64,000 nucleotides of DNA from Escherichia coli (lineage in GTDB: Bacteria; Pseudomonadota; Gammaproteobacteria; Enterobacterales; Enterobacteriaceae): NCBI RefSeq assembly GCF_013122565.1, contig NZ_CP053258.1; one strand, 5' to 3'. The translations under genes were made by a program, and so were the position numbers. Position 1 is the stretch's first letter. Every line of letters starts with the position of its first letter. Below are positions 42,601 through 52,152 of the stretch, piece by piece. The notes beneath the pieces were generated by a model. That model was given only the letters and a program-made list of their open reading frames with translations, ran no database searches and was not told the DNA's origin.

Positions 42601-44877
42601 TCCATGACCGGGAACTTCACGCTAAGTAGTGAAACCGCCCGCACCGATGCAAACGGTGATGCCGTGGTCACATTGCGAGGCACAAAAGCGGGTGAGTTTA
42701 CAGTTACGGCGACGCTGACCAGAAATAACACCGTTGCTCATCAGCAAGTCACTTTTATTGGGGATACAAACAGTGCGCAGCTCCAGCCGCTGACTGCCTC
42801 ATTAAATACCATTGTTGCGGGTAACAGTACGGGGAGTACCCTGACGGCAACGATCCTGGACGCTTACCAAAATCCGCTTAAAGACCAGCAGGTCACATTC
42901 CAGAGTAACGATGTCACTCTAAGTGGAACAGAAGTCACCACCAATACGCTGGGTCAGGCGACGGTAACAATGACCAGCAATATTGCCGGACAACATAACG
43001 TCGTGGTGAGCCGGAAAGCGCAAGCCTCCGATAATAAAACGTTTAGTTTATCAGTGCTGCCGGATGAAAGTTCGGCGAAGGTAATAAGTATAACCGGAGC
43101 CGAAAAAACGATAACGGTGGGCGAAAACATCACGCTACGGATACTCGTCCAGGACGCGTTTAACAATGTAATAGCGGGTCAACGCGTCAGATTAAGTGCG
43201 CAGCCAACAGCTAACATTACGATAGGCGATACGGCTTACACCGATAATAACGGTTATGCGTACGTTAACCTTATTAGCACCCAGCCTGGGGTTTATCAGG
43301 TGACGGCAACGCTGGACAATAACAGTAGTAGTAAGGTTGACGTGAATGTGGCAAATGGCAAACTCGAGTTAACATCATCGAAGCCAGAAACCACGGTCCA
43401 TAATAGTGAAGGTATTACGCTTACCGCAACGGCGAGAAATGCTCGGGATGAATTGATGCCTGGGCAAATTATCACCTTTAGCGTAACGCCTGAAGGTGCA
43501 ACGCTAAGCAATACAGGGGAAATCCTTACTGACCAGTCTGGTCAGGCCAAAGTGACGCTGACCAGTGACAAAGTGAATATCTATACCGTTACGGCCACAA
43601 TGGGCAAAGATGTTCCCGTTCAGAGCCAGGTAACGGTTGCGGTTAAGGCAGATGCTAAAACGGCACATGTTGTGAGCGTCGTGGCTTCTCCTGACACCAT
43701 AACCGCCGACGGCGTTGATAGCAGCACCATCACTTCACGAGTAGAAGATGATTACGGATTCCCGGTTGAAGGTGTCGATGTTAGTTATGCCTTAGACACC
43801 AAAGGCAGCCCGGTAGTTAATATTCCAACTACGCGTACCGATCAGTCCGGGCAAGTCACGGCGACAATAACCAGTACATTGGCAGAAACCTTAACAGTCA
43901 ATGTGCAAGTTCCTGGTACAGCCAACCAATCCGCAACCATTACATTGGTTGCCGGCACGGCCGATGAAAGTAAGTCAATTTTGAAATCCGACGTTGACAC
44001 TCTGAAGGCTGACTACCAGCAGAGCGCAAAACTTACGCTAACATTGCAAGACAAGTACGGTAACCCGATAGTGACGTCTGATCATCTGGAATTTGTCCAG
44101 TCAGGCCCCTTCGTGAACTTTCTCAAGTTGAGCGATATTGATTACAGCCAAAGAAATTATGGCGAGTACACCGTGACTGTCACTGGCGGAAAAGAGGGAA
44201 CAGCGACCCTCATTCCCATGCTGAACGGGGTTCATCAGGCAAACTTAAGCATATCGCTGAATCTCATCCACTCGATAAAAGAAATGTCCGGTCATGTCAC
44301 TGCAAACAACCATACCTTCTCAACGGCTAAATTCCCGAGCGAAGGTTTTGCAGGAGCGTATTACACACTCAACAATGATAACTTTGAAGCGGGTAAAACC
44401 GTTGATGATTATATGTTTTCAAGTTCACAGAGTTGGGTGTCTGTCGATGCTTCAGGTAAGGTTTCTTTCGCAAATATCGGCGATCAAACGTCAGTCACAA
44501 TAAGCGCTGTTCCCCGACAAGGAGGTACAACCTACCAGACCTTAATTAAGCTGAAAGGCTGGTGGGTGAATAATGGAAATCATACCAATATCTGGCTAGC
44601 TGCCAATGCGCTCTGTCATGCTAAAAATGATGGATATAATCTTCCTGGCATCACACATTTGACGTCTGGCGAAAACAAACGCACGCAGGGATCGCTGTAT
44701 GGTGAATGGGGGAACGTTGGAGCGTTTTCCAGTAATTCGCAATTTACACCGGGAGCTTACTGGACAAGTGAATCTGATGATTACAGTCGGCACTACTATG
44801 TGCAGATGCTAACCGGTATGACCGGAAGCGACGCTGATTCCAGCCCCCAACTGACCGCCTGCCGTAAATCACTTTAA
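39637..44877 (+). CDS. Inverse autotransporter adhesin (intimin/invasin family) with LysM, beta-barrel, about 12 Big domains and C-terminal lectin-like domain
   Basis: 1746 aa; LysM (YTLGALESAQSVADRFGISLEELRRLNQ); intimin/invasin barrel region (GLGWRHF...GWDLRAEGWLPAWPQLGGKLVYEQYYGDEVALF); repeated Big-like units (e.g. TLTVTAHDSDGTPVPG, TLTAIITDFHNNPLKD); Cys-containing C-terminal domain. Confidence 0.8.
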   Translation: MASTNAHQIKNNVQNSLCGLGDKIRRLTAGVCLFTQIFFPVMATAQNVVHAKPQTTVSSAPPLLENNTVPYTLGALESAQSVADRFGISLEELRRLNQFRTFARGFDNVRQGEELDVPATTSQKSHEQQNAVPPANGENTLENQIASTSQRVSTLLSQDMNSEQASGMARGWASSEASGAMTDWLNNFGTARISLGVDEDFSLKNSQFDFLHPWYDTPDYLLFSQHTLHRTDDRTQINTGLGWRHFTSSWMSGINLFFDHDLSRYHSRAGLGAEYWRDYLKLSSNAYIGLTGWRSAPELDNDFEARPANGWDLRAEGWLPAWPQLGGKLVYEQYYGDEVALFDKNDRQSNPHAITAGLNYTPFPLMTLSAEQRQGKQGENDTRFAVDLTWQPSSSMQKQLNPDEVAGRRSLAGSRYDLIDRNNNIVLEYRKKELIRLSLLDPVKGKSGEIKPLVSSLQTKYALKGYHIEAAALEAAGGKVSTSGKDITVTLPGYRFTNTPETDNTWSIDVTAEDVKGNLSRHEQSMVVIQAPTLSQKDSLLSVNPLTVAADKKSTTTLTVTAHDSDGTPVPGLELQTRSEGVQDITLSDWTDNGDGSYTQMLTAGTTSGSVTLTPQINGESAVKESIVVNIVPVVSSRDHSSITIDNVSYYAGDDIKVRVELKDDSNQPVAYQKEELVKAVTVENSKPGATIVWHEEQPGVYAANYPAHKQGTALRAQLNLHNWNAPLQSHIYNIEANQNKARVATLSATNNDVYADKKTFNTLTINVTDESDNPLTNHQVTFKNEKGSAEFVEPPQQNTDGYGVATINMVSQVAEENTISATLPNGFSQRIIAKFVSDSSTPKFKQLVADPDTIIAGNSQGSTLTAIITDFHNNPLKDMKVNFVAPGGSQLDNTTATTDQSGIVRVHLTSSKAGSYSVDASLEADKNIHQSVTITVVPNREQSVMTLNAGSGSAIANNTNTVILTASVKDVYGHPLPDEDVKFTLPASMTGNFTLSSETARTDANGDAVVTLRGTKAGEFTVTATLTRNNTVAHQQVTFIGDTNSAQLQPLTASLNTIVAGNSTGSTLTATILDAYQNPLKDQQVTFQSNDVTLSGTEVTTNTLGQATVTMTSNIAGQHNVVVSRKAQASDNKTFSLSVLPDESSAKVISITGAEKTITVGENITLRILVQDAFNNVIAGQRVRLSAQPTANITIGDTAYTDNNGYAYVNLISTQPGVYQVTATLDNNSSSKVDVNVANGKLELTSSKPETTVHNSEGITLTATARNARDELMPGQIITFSVTPEGATLSNTGEILTDQSGQAKVTLTSDKVNIYTVTATMGKDVPVQSQVTVAVKADAKTAHVVSVVASPDTITADGVDSSTITSRVEDDYGFPVEGVDVSYALDTKGSPVVNIPTTRTDQSGQVTATITSTLAETLTVNVQVPGTANQSATITLVAGTADESKSILKSDVDTLKADYQQSAKLTLTLQDKYGNPIVTSDHLEFVQSGPFVNFLKLSDIDYSQRNYGEYTVTVTGGKEGTATLIPMLNGVHQANLSISLNLIHSIKEMSGHVTANNHTFSTAKFPSEGFAGAYYTLNNDNFEAGKTVDDYMFSSSQSWVSVDASGKVSFANIGDQTSVTISAVPRQGGTTYQTLIKLKGWWVNNGNHTNIWLAANALCHAKNDGYNLPGITHLTSGENKRTQGSLYGEWGNVGAFSSNSQFTPGAYWTSESDDYSRHYYVQMLTGMTGSDADSSPQLTACRKSL

Positions 44878-44948
44878 TTTCAGCAGTTGTTATTAAAGGA
44901 TACCCTTTTACGAGGGTGTCCTTTCAGACTGATAACAAACGCTACATT

Positions 44949-44977
44949 GCCGGATGTGCTGCGCTTATCAGGCCTAT
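44949..44977. repeat. REP-like palindromic element
   Basis: gccggatgtgctgcgcttatcaggcctat resembles the REP consensus. Confidence 0.5.
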
Positions 44978-45000
44978 ATAACCCCTGCAATATATTGAAT

Positions 45001-45585
45001 TTATTGTTTTTGTACCCCAGCAGGCATGAACGGCCACTCAAGAAACTCAACAGCAACCGTTGATGTCAGCCAGACCCCGTTTTCCGCTTGCCAGAAAGGG
45101 AGGCCTCGTTTCGCCATTTCCTGTGCTTTGACGGTTAAAATAACCGGCGATCCGTGTCTTGCTCCCACTTTGCGTGCCGTTGCTTCATCAGCAGAGAGAT
45201 GTACGTAGTGACGCTCACCTGCAATCAGCCCCTGTTTTTTTATCTCGTCAAGGAAACGGCTTGCCGTACCGTGGTAGAGAAACTGTGGCGGTGTTTTTTC
45301 GGCAAAGGAAATAGCGACCTGCGAAGTCGAATGCCCCTGAACCGCGCGGATGCACCTACCATCACTGGAATAACTAAAACGCTTTTTATCGCTGGTGGCG
45401 ACCACGGTATCCAGCAATGCACGGGTTAACCGCTTGCCCGCTTTTTGGGCACAAAGTATGAGCTTATCGATATCCGCCCATCCTTCACGGTCCAGTACGA
45501 TACCTATCGCCTCCGGTTTGTGTCGGAGGACAAAACTTAAAAACTTGCTCGTATCCGCCAGCTCTTTTTCGTTGTACTTTGCCAT
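45001..45585 (-). CDS. kptA: RNA 2-prime-phosphotransferase (Tpt1/KptA)
   Basis: [25 protein letters not shown]...; recognised as KptA; start chosen by recognition, the ORF extends further upstream. Confidence 0.85.
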   Translation of the reverse strand: MAKYNEKELADTSKFLSFVLRHKPEAIGIVLDREGWADIDKLILCAQKAGKRLTRALLDTVVATSDKKRFSYSSDGRCIRAVQGHSTSQVAISFAEKTPPQFLYHGTASRFLDEIKKQGLIAGERHYVHLSADEATARKVGARHGSPVILTVKAQEMAKRGLPFWQAENGVWLTSTVAVEFLEWPFMPAGVQKQ

Positions 45586-45834
45586 CTCGTTTTCGACCCT
45601 GGATTTTCTGTTTTTATTTACTGATGTCATTGTCACTGGGTTTATGAATTTTCTGCAACTCAATCCTGCGCAGAACCTTTTCCACACAGCGTAATTTTTC
45701 CGCTATGCAAAAAACGCATAGCCAGAAACATACTTGCATTTTCCCCATACCCACATGGCTGATAAGGTTTTTCAGCTCCAGGAATTTTCCTGGCTCAAGC
45801 AACACACAAACACAAAAAAACAATGGGGATTGTT

Positions 45835-46518
45835 ATGACACAACAAGGGGATGCTGTAGCCGGGGAGCTGGCGACAGAAAAAGTAGGCATTAAAGGATAT
45901 CTGGCTTTTTTTCTTACCATAATCTTTTTTTCCGGTGTTTTTTCCGGAACAGACAGTTGGTGGCGCGTTTTTGATTTTTCCGTGCTGAACGGATCGTTTG
46001 GGCAGTTACCTGGTGCGAATGGAGCCACCACCTCATTTCGCGGGGCGGGTGGCGCGGGGGCTAAAGATGGCTTTCTCTTTGCGCTGGAGCTGGCACCGTC
46101 AGTCATTCTCTCTCTGGGGATTATTTCAATTACCGATGGTCTTGGTGGATTACGCGCCGCGCAGCAGTTAATGACGCCTGTGCTAAAACCGTTGTTGGGC
46201 ATTCCAGGGATCTGCTCGCTGGCGCTGATCGCTAACCTGCAAAACACTGATGCCGCCGCCGGTATGACCAAAGAGCTGGCGCAGGAAGGGGAAATTACCG
46301 AACGCGATAAAGTGATTTTCGCCGCATATCAAACCAGCGGTAGCGCCATTATCACCAACTACTTTTCTTCCGGCGTCGCGGTGTTTGCCTTTCTGGGCAC
46401 GTCCGTAATCGTACCTTTAGCCGTCATCCTGGTGTTTAAATTTGTCGGAGCCAACATTTTGCGCGTCTGGCTTAACTTCGAAGAACGTCGCAACCCAACG
46501 CAAGGAGCACAAGCATGA
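45835..46518 (+). CDS. yjiH: Nucleoside-recognition-domain inner-membrane protein YjiH
   Basis: MTQQGDAVAGELATEKVGIKGYLAFF...; ggggA Shine-Dalgarno; ATGA overlap with yjiG. Confidence 0.88.
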   Translation: MTQQGDAVAGELATEKVGIKGYLAFFLTIIFFSGVFSGTDSWWRVFDFSVLNGSFGQLPGANGATTSFRGAGGAGAKDGFLFALELAPSVILSLGIISITDGLGGLRAAQQLMTPVLKPLLGIPGICSLALIANLQNTDAAAGMTKELAQEGEITERDKVIFAAYQTSGSAIITNYFSSGVAVFAFLGTSVIVPLAVILVFKFVGANILRVWLNFEERRNPTQGAQA

Positions 46519-46976
46519 CAACTCAGGTCCGCAAAAACGTCATGGATATGTTTATCGATGGCGCGCGCCGTGGCTTTACTATCGCCACGACCAACCTGCT
46601 GCCAAACGTGGTGATGGCGTTTGTCATCATTCAGGCGCTGAAAATTACCGGCCTGCTCGACTGGGTGGGGCATATCTGTGAACCCGTAATGGCGCTGTGG
46701 GGATTACCCGGTGAAGCGGCAACCGTCCTTTTAGCCGCATTGATGAGTATGGGCGGCGCAGTCGGTGTTGCCGCCAGTCTGGCAACCGCTGGCGCATTAA
46801 CCGGTCACGATGTCACCGTTTTACTGCCCGCGATGTATTTAATGGGCAACCCGGTGCAAAATGTCGGTCGCTGCCTGGGGACAGCCGAAGTGAATGCCAA
46901 ATATTACCCGCACATCATTGCCGTCGGGGTGATTAACGCATTGCTGTCGATCTGGGTTATGCAGATTATTGTTTAA
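46515..46976 (+). CDS. yjiG: SpmB-like inner-membrane protein YjiG
   Basis: 153 aa; translationally coupled to yjiH; recognised as YjiG. Confidence 0.9.
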   Translation: MTTQVRKNVMDMFIDGARRGFTIATTNLLPNVVMAFVIIQALKITGLLDWVGHICEPVMALWGLPGEAATVLLAALMSMGGAVGVAASLATAGALTGHDVTVLLPAMYLMGNPVQNVGRCLGTAEVNAKYYPHIIAVGVINALLSIWVMQIIV

Positions 46977-46988
46977 CAAGGAGTTACC

Positions 46989-48161
46989 ATGATTGATTAT
47001 ACCGCAGCCGGTTTTACCCTGCTGCAGGGAGCGCATTTGTATGCGCCGGAAGATCGGGGAATTTGCGATGTCCTCGTCGCTAACGGCAAAATTATCGCCG
47101 TTGCCAGTAATATCCCTTCTGACATTGTACCGGACTGCACGGTTGTCGATCTCAGCGGGCAGATCCTCTGCCCAGGTTTTATTGATCAACACGTCCATTT
47201 GATTGGCGGTGGCGGCGAAGCAGGTCCCACGACGCGCACGCCGGAAGTGGCGCTAAGTCGCCTGACGGAAGCGGGCGTCACGTCAGTGGTTGGTCTGCTG
47301 GGCACCGACTCTATCTCTCGCCACCCGGAATCCCTGCTCGCCAAGACCCGTGCGCTCAATGAAGAAGGCATCAGCGCCTGGATGCTGACCGGCGCTTATC
47401 ATGTCCCTTCCCGCACTATTACGGGTTCCGTGGAAAAAGACGTGGCGATTATCGATCGCGTGATTGGTGTGAAATGCGCCATCTCCGATCACCGTTCTGC
47501 CGCACCGGACGTATATCACCTGGCTAATATGGCGGCAGAATCCCGCGTTGGCGGTTTGCTCGGCGGTAAACCTGGCGTCACCGTGTTCCACATGGGCGAC
47601 AGTAAAAAGGCGTTACAGCCTATTTATGACCTGCTGGAAAACTGCGATGTGCCGATCAGCAAGTTGCTGCCGACCCACGTTAACCGCAACGTACCGTTGT
47701 TTGAGCAGGCGCTGGAGTTCGCGCGCAAAGGCGGCACCATCGACATCACCAGCAGCATTGACGAACCGGTCGCTCCTGCCGAAGGTATTGCCCGCGCCGT
47801 TCAGGCGGGTATTCCGCTGGCACGCGTCACCCTCAGCTCCGACGGCAACGGTAGCCAGCCGTTCTTCGATGACGAAGGGAATTTAACCCATATCGGCGTT
47901 GCAGGTTTTGAAACGTTGCTGGAAACCGTGCAGGTGCTGGTCAAAGACTATGATTTCAGTATCAGCGATGCCCTGCGCCCGCTCACCAGTAGCGTAGCCG
48001 GTTTCCTTAACCTGAGCGGGAAAGGCGAAATTCTGCCAGGCAATGACGCAGACTTACTGGTCATGACGCCAGAATTGCGCATTGAGCAGGTATACGCTCG
48101 CGGCAAACTGATGGTCAAAGACGGCAAAGCCTGCGTGAAAGGAACGTTTGAAACGGTATAA
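46989..48161 (+). CDS. iadA: Isoaspartyl dipeptidase
   Basis: 390 aa; amidohydrolase HxH motif (DQHVHLIGGGGE); recognised as IadA. Confidence 0.93.
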   Translation: MIDYTAAGFTLLQGAHLYAPEDRGICDVLVANGKIIAVASNIPSDIVPDCTVVDLSGQILCPGFIDQHVHLIGGGGEAGPTTRTPEVALSRLTEAGVTSVVGLLGTDSISRHPESLLAKTRALNEEGISAWMLTGAYHVPSRTITGSVEKDVAIIDRVIGVKCAISDHRSAAPDVYHLANMAAESRVGGLLGGKPGVTVFHMGDSKKALQPIYDLLENCDVPISKLLPTHVNRNVPLFEQALEFARKGGTIDITSSIDEPVAPAEGIARAVQAGIPLARVTLSSDGNGSQPFFDDEGNLTHIGVAGFETLLETVQVLVKDYDFSISDALRPLTSSVAGFLNLSGKGEILPGNDADLLVMTPELRIEQVYARGKLMVKDGKACVKGTFETV

Positions 48162-48225
48162 ACGGTTGTCAGCCGCCCGAATGGACGTAGAATGCCCGCA
48201 AGGGCGGCTGACAGAGTAAAACGTA

Positions 48226-49137
48226 ATGGATGACTGTGGTGCGGTTTTGCATAATATTGAAACCAAATGGCTTTATGATTTTCTGACCCTGGGAAAATGC
48301 CGCAATTTTTCCCAGGCGGCAGTCAGTCGCAACGTCTCGCAACCGGCATTCAGCCGCCGCATCCGTGCACTGGAACAGGCGATTGGCGTTGAATTGTTTA
48401 ACCGCCAGGTGACGCCGCTGCAACTCTCGGAACAAGGGAAAATCTTCCATTCGCAGATCCGCCATCTGTTGCAACAGTTAGAAAGCAACCTTGCAGAGCT
48501 GCGTGGCGGCAGCGATTACGCGCAACGTAAAATCAAGATAGCCGCTGCACACTCTCTTTCCCTCGGTCTGTTACCGTCCATTATCAGCCAGATGCCGCCA
48601 CTCTTTACCTGGGCAATTGAAGCTATTGATGTTGATGAAGCGGTCGATAAACTGCGTGAAGGGCAAAGTGACTGTATTTTTTCCTTTCACGACGAAGATT
48701 TGCTGGAAGCGCCGTTTGACCACATTCGCTTATTTGAATCTCAATTGTTCCCCGTTTGCGCCAGTGACGAACACGGAGAAGCACTTTTTAACCTCGCGCA
48801 GCCACACTTTCCGTTACTGAATTACAGCCGCAACTCCTACATGGGGCGATTGATTAATCGCACCCTGACGCGCCACAGCGAGTTAAGTTTCAGCACCTTT
48901 TTTGTCTCTTCGATGAGCGAGCTATTAAAGCAGGTTGCCCTCGACGGCTGTGGGATTGCCTGGCTGCCGGAGTACGCCATCCAACAAGAAATTCGCAGCG
49001 GGCAGCTCGTTGTTCTGAATCGGGACGAACTGGTGATCCCGATTCAGGCCTACGCATACAGGATGAACACCCGTATGAATCCCGTTGCCGAACGCTTCTG
49101 GCGTGAACTGCGCGAGCTGGAGATTGTACTTAGCTGA
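48226..49137 (+). CDS. hypT: LysR-type hypochlorite-responsive regulator HypT
   Basis: 303 aa; N-terminal LysR HTH; recognised as HypT/YjiE. Confidence 0.92.
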   Translation: MDDCGAVLHNIETKWLYDFLTLGKCRNFSQAAVSRNVSQPAFSRRIRALEQAIGVELFNRQVTPLQLSEQGKIFHSQIRHLLQQLESNLAELRGGSDYAQRKIKIAAAHSLSLGLLPSIISQMPPLFTWAIEAIDVDEAVDKLREGQSDCIFSFHDEDLLEAPFDHIRLFESQLFPVCASDEHGEALFNLAQPHFPLLNYSRNSYMGRLINRTLTRHSELSFSTFFVSSMSELLKQVALDGCGIAWLPEYAIQQEIRSGQLVVLNRDELVIPIQAYAYRMNTRMNPVAERFWRELRELEIVLS

Positions 49138-49522
49138 CATTCTCCAGCGTCGCACTACACCAACCGCCATTATCCCAGACCAGATCAAACGTTAGCGGTT
49201 CATCGTCGTGGTACAGCATTATCTCAAGGCTGATCGCCAGCGTGTGGCTGTACGCTTCTTTCAGATTAACCTGCAACGCCGCAATCCGTGGCTCATGAAA
49301 TAACAGTGCAGAACGCAGCTGACGGCAATACCAGCTCTGGAGATGTTTGTCGCTCTGGTTATGCAGTTGCCACTCGGGCATGCCTGAAACAAGTAATGAC
49401 GGTAATGCCGAATGAGGAGAATTAAAAAGAGTGAGGAGATCGCTGCATACCGATTTACGCAGCGATGACGTTTTATTGCCTGAAATTTCAGGTAAAACAG
49501 CCTGAAGTGATTGGCGCATCAT
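49130..49522 (-). CDS. iraD: Anti-adapter protein IraD (RpoS stabiliser)
   Basis: [25 protein letters not shown]...; recognised as IraD/YjiD; convergent 8-bp overlap with the hypT stop. Confidence 0.9.
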   Translation of the reverse strand: MMRQSLQAVLPEISGNKTSSLRKSVCSDLLTLFNSPHSALPSLLVSGMPEWQLHNQSDKHLQSWYCRQLRSALLFHEPRIAALQVNLKEAYSHTLAISLEIMLYHDDEPLTFDLVWDNGGWCSATLENVS

Positions 49523-50193
49523 TTTGCGCACTCCTGACGTTTAGCAACATATGCGGCTTGCCCTGAACACCGGGCACCACTGTATTGATGCTCATTTTCC
49601 ATAGCCATTCCCTTTTGTTCATTACATCCATGTCAGTCTGAGACAGGCCTGAATCCTGTCAGCAAAGTATAAAACCTTACTTGCCTATGAATATCTACTG
49701 ACTTTTCAGGAAAAAAGTCATGATTTGATAAAAATCATCAAACTCAAAAAAAAACCGCTAGTATATTCTGAATATTCCGAATAGTTACGTAGATGAAAAT
49801 ACTTGTCACCGCTGCTACTTAATTCCGGTGGGAAATTATTTATTTCCGCATAATCATCCATGTATTATTTGAAACAATTAGTTTGTAAATAATATAAATT
49901 GATAACATATCAAATACATCAAAAATACCATTTACAGGCATTATTAATATAGACCTCAATATAGCAACATCAAATTCCAATTAGTAATAAGATATGCTTT
50001 TAAATTGCATGTAAATAATTTTAAATGAGCGTTTTTTGATACTTTAGAGTGTTTCCTACCCTTTAATATCACCGTGTAGAGTTGATATCACTACAACAGA
50101 AACATGCATGTCATTTTTTTACTTCTTTTTTACTACAGAAAAATTTATCTATTTTTCTAAACATCAGTGAAATACTCATAAAAGGTAACTATT

Positions 50194-51024
50194 ATGTCTA
50201 TGCCATTAAGCAATGTCCTTCAGAGTCAAATTATTACAGATAATCACTTCCTTCATCACCCAAAAGTCGACAATGAGTTAACACGTAAATATGAACGTGC
50301 ACGCCTGGATACGGAAAATATCTATCTTCTGCCTCTTGCTCGTGGCAATAACCATAATTACGATGGAAAAAGCGTTGTCGAAATTAGAAAACTTGATATT
50401 AGTAAAGAGTCCTGGCCATTTAATTATGTGACAGAAGCATGCAGAGAATCCGATGGTATTACAACAACAGGACGTATGCTCTATCGAAACTTGAAAATCA
50501 CCTCAGCTTTAGACGAAATATATGGTGGTATATGTAAAAAGGCGCATGCTGCTACAGAATTAGCAGAAGGTTTACGGCTAAATTTATTTATGAAGAGCCC
50601 TTTCGATCCTGTTGAGGACTATACAGTTCATGAAATAACATTAGGCCCTGGTTGCAATGTTCCTGGTTATGCCGGAACCACGATAGGATATATTTCAACC
50701 CTTCCAGCTTCTCAGGCAAAAAGATGGACCAATGAGCAGCCAAGAATTGATATCTATATTGATCAGATAATAACTGTCTCAGGGGTAGCAAATTCTTCCG
50801 GATTCGCCCTTGCCGCATTACTTAATGCTAATATTGAGATGGGAAATGACCCAATCATTGGTATAGAAGCCTATCCCGGTACCGCGGAGATCCATGCAAA
50901 AATGGGATATAAAGTTATCCCCGGTGATGAAGATGCGCCACTCAAACGCATGACTCTGCAACCGTCATCTCTTCCAGAACTGTTTGAATTAAAAAATGGT
51001 GAATGGAATTATATTGGTAAATAA
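50194..51024 (+). CDS. yjiC: Uncharacterised protein YjiC
   Basis: 276 aa; AT-rich; long AT-rich upstream region; recognised as YjiC. Confidence 0.88.
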   Translation: MSMPLSNVLQSQIITDNHFLHHPKVDNELTRKYERARLDTENIYLLPLARGNNHNYDGKSVVEIRKLDISKESWPFNYVTEACRESDGITTTGRMLYRNLKITSALDEIYGGICKKAHAATELAEGLRLNLFMKSPFDPVEDYTVHEITLGPGCNVPGYAGTTIGYISTLPASQAKRWTNEQPRIDIYIDQIITVSGVANSSGFALAALLNANIEMGNDPIIGIEAYPGTAEIHAKMGYKVIPGDEDAPLKRMTLQPSSLPELFELKNGEWNYIGK

Positions 51025-51125
51025 CTACCAGGAACAATGAGTACTAATATTCAGGTTATACAGATATTTAAACAATACCCTGCAATTTACAAAATAATAC
51101 TCATTGCGACTTCTTAATTTAAGAA

Positions 51126-51152
51126 AGCGCAAGGAACGTTTACCCTTGCGCT
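51126..51152. terminator. Hairpin between convergent yjiC and uxuR (agcgcaagg ... ccttgcgct)
   Basis: 9-bp perfect stems followed by tattat. Confidence 0.45.
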
Positions 51153-51164
51153 TATTATAATAAG

Positions 51165-51938
51165 TCAGGCGTCGACTTTATCCAGCGGCCATGAATCAAA
51201 CAGATAGCCGTCAAAATAAATATCGTCAACGTTCGAGAATTCCAGCAGACGTTGCTTAACGTTTTCCAGATGCTGCCACATTGCCAGCTTCGCCGCTCGG
51301 GCATCTTTTTTGATTAACGCGGCGAGGATCTGTTTGTGATCGCCCAACCACTCTTTGCGATACAGGCTGTCATCCAGATGGCTGTGCAACTGGATCCACA
51401 TTGGATTGTTTTCCCGCCACTGCCAGGACTGACGGAATAACTCCACCAGCATGCTGTTATGCGTTGCTTCAGCAATGGCGAGATGGAACTGCATGTCACC
51501 GCTTTCGCTGCTACCCGGCGCGCTGGAAGCCAGTTCACGCTCTTCCAGTTGCAATGCCTGACGCATTTTGACGATATCTTCGCGGGTAGCCTGCAGGGCG
51601 GCAAACTCGGCGATGTTACTTTCCAGTAACTGACGCGCCTGTAACAGCTCAAAAGGACCCGCATCATTGCAGACGTTGGCATCCGGACTGTCTGTGTTGT
51701 GGCTGCCTGAGCTATCAAGAACATAGATACCGGCACCCCGGCGCACTTCCACCAGCCCTTTGATCTCCAGCATGATCAGCGCTTCACGTACCACCGTCCG
51801 CGTGACATCAAGCATTTCTGCAATTTCACGCTCCGGCGGCAGCCGTTCGCCAGGATTGTACGGCGTCTTTATGATCAGATCGCGGATCATCGCCCCGACT
51901 TCCTGGTAAGGTCTTTGCGCAGAGGTGGCAGATTTCAT
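51165..51938 (-). CDS. uxuR: GntR-family repressor of the fructuronate/glucuronate regulon
   Basis: 257 aa; HTH then FCD domain; recognised as UxuR. Confidence 0.93.
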   Translation of the reverse strand: MKSATSAQRPYQEVGAMIRDLIIKTPYNPGERLPPEREIAEMLDVTRTVVREALIMLEIKGLVEVRRGAGIYVLDSSGSHNTDSPDANVCNDAGPFELLQARQLLESNIAEFAALQATREDIVKMRQALQLEERELASSAPGSSESGDMQFHLAIAEATHNSMLVELFRQSWQWRENNPMWIQLHSHLDDSLYRKEWLGDHKQILAALIKKDARAAKLAMWQHLENVKQRLLEFSNVDDIYFDGYLFDSWPLDKVDA

Positions 51939-51975
51939 GGTGTTGTGTCCGTTAGGTGCGGTTAATCAAATTTTT

Positions 51976-52010
51976 GCCGGATGCGGCGTGAACGCCTTAT
52001 CCGGCCTACA
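51976..52010. repeat. REP element
   Basis: gccggatgcggcgtgaacgccttatccggcctaca. Confidence 0.7.
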
Positions 52011-52094
52011 ACGGGCAATTTTACGGCCCCCGTTAATCTCAAACTATACCATTAGCACTGGAAGTTGGCACGTACAGGTGGGCAAAAAAACGAA

Positions 52095-52110
52095 AACTGG
52101 TCAACCAAAT
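52095..52110. promoter_or_regulatory. Candidate UxuR/ExuR operator (TGGT-N2-ACCA palindrome) in the uxuR upstream region
   Basis: aactggtcaaccaaat; FadR-subfamily GntR regulators bind TGGTnnACCA-type palindromes (established knowledge); placement consistent with autoregulation. Confidence 0.4.
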
Positions 52111-52152
52111 ATCAGTTTGATTGACCAGTAAGTCTGTAGGGTAATCAGTTAG

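Noticed and set aside
45795-46271. 158-aa minus-strand ORF overlapping yjiH
   Set aside because: Antisense to the conserved yjiH-yjiG pair; no motifs.
48169-48220. Long-range inverted repeat (tcagccgccc ... gggcggctga) between iadA and hypT
   Set aside because: The 32-nt loop with no T-run is not convincing as an intrinsic terminator; it may be a structured intergenic element but evidence is weak.
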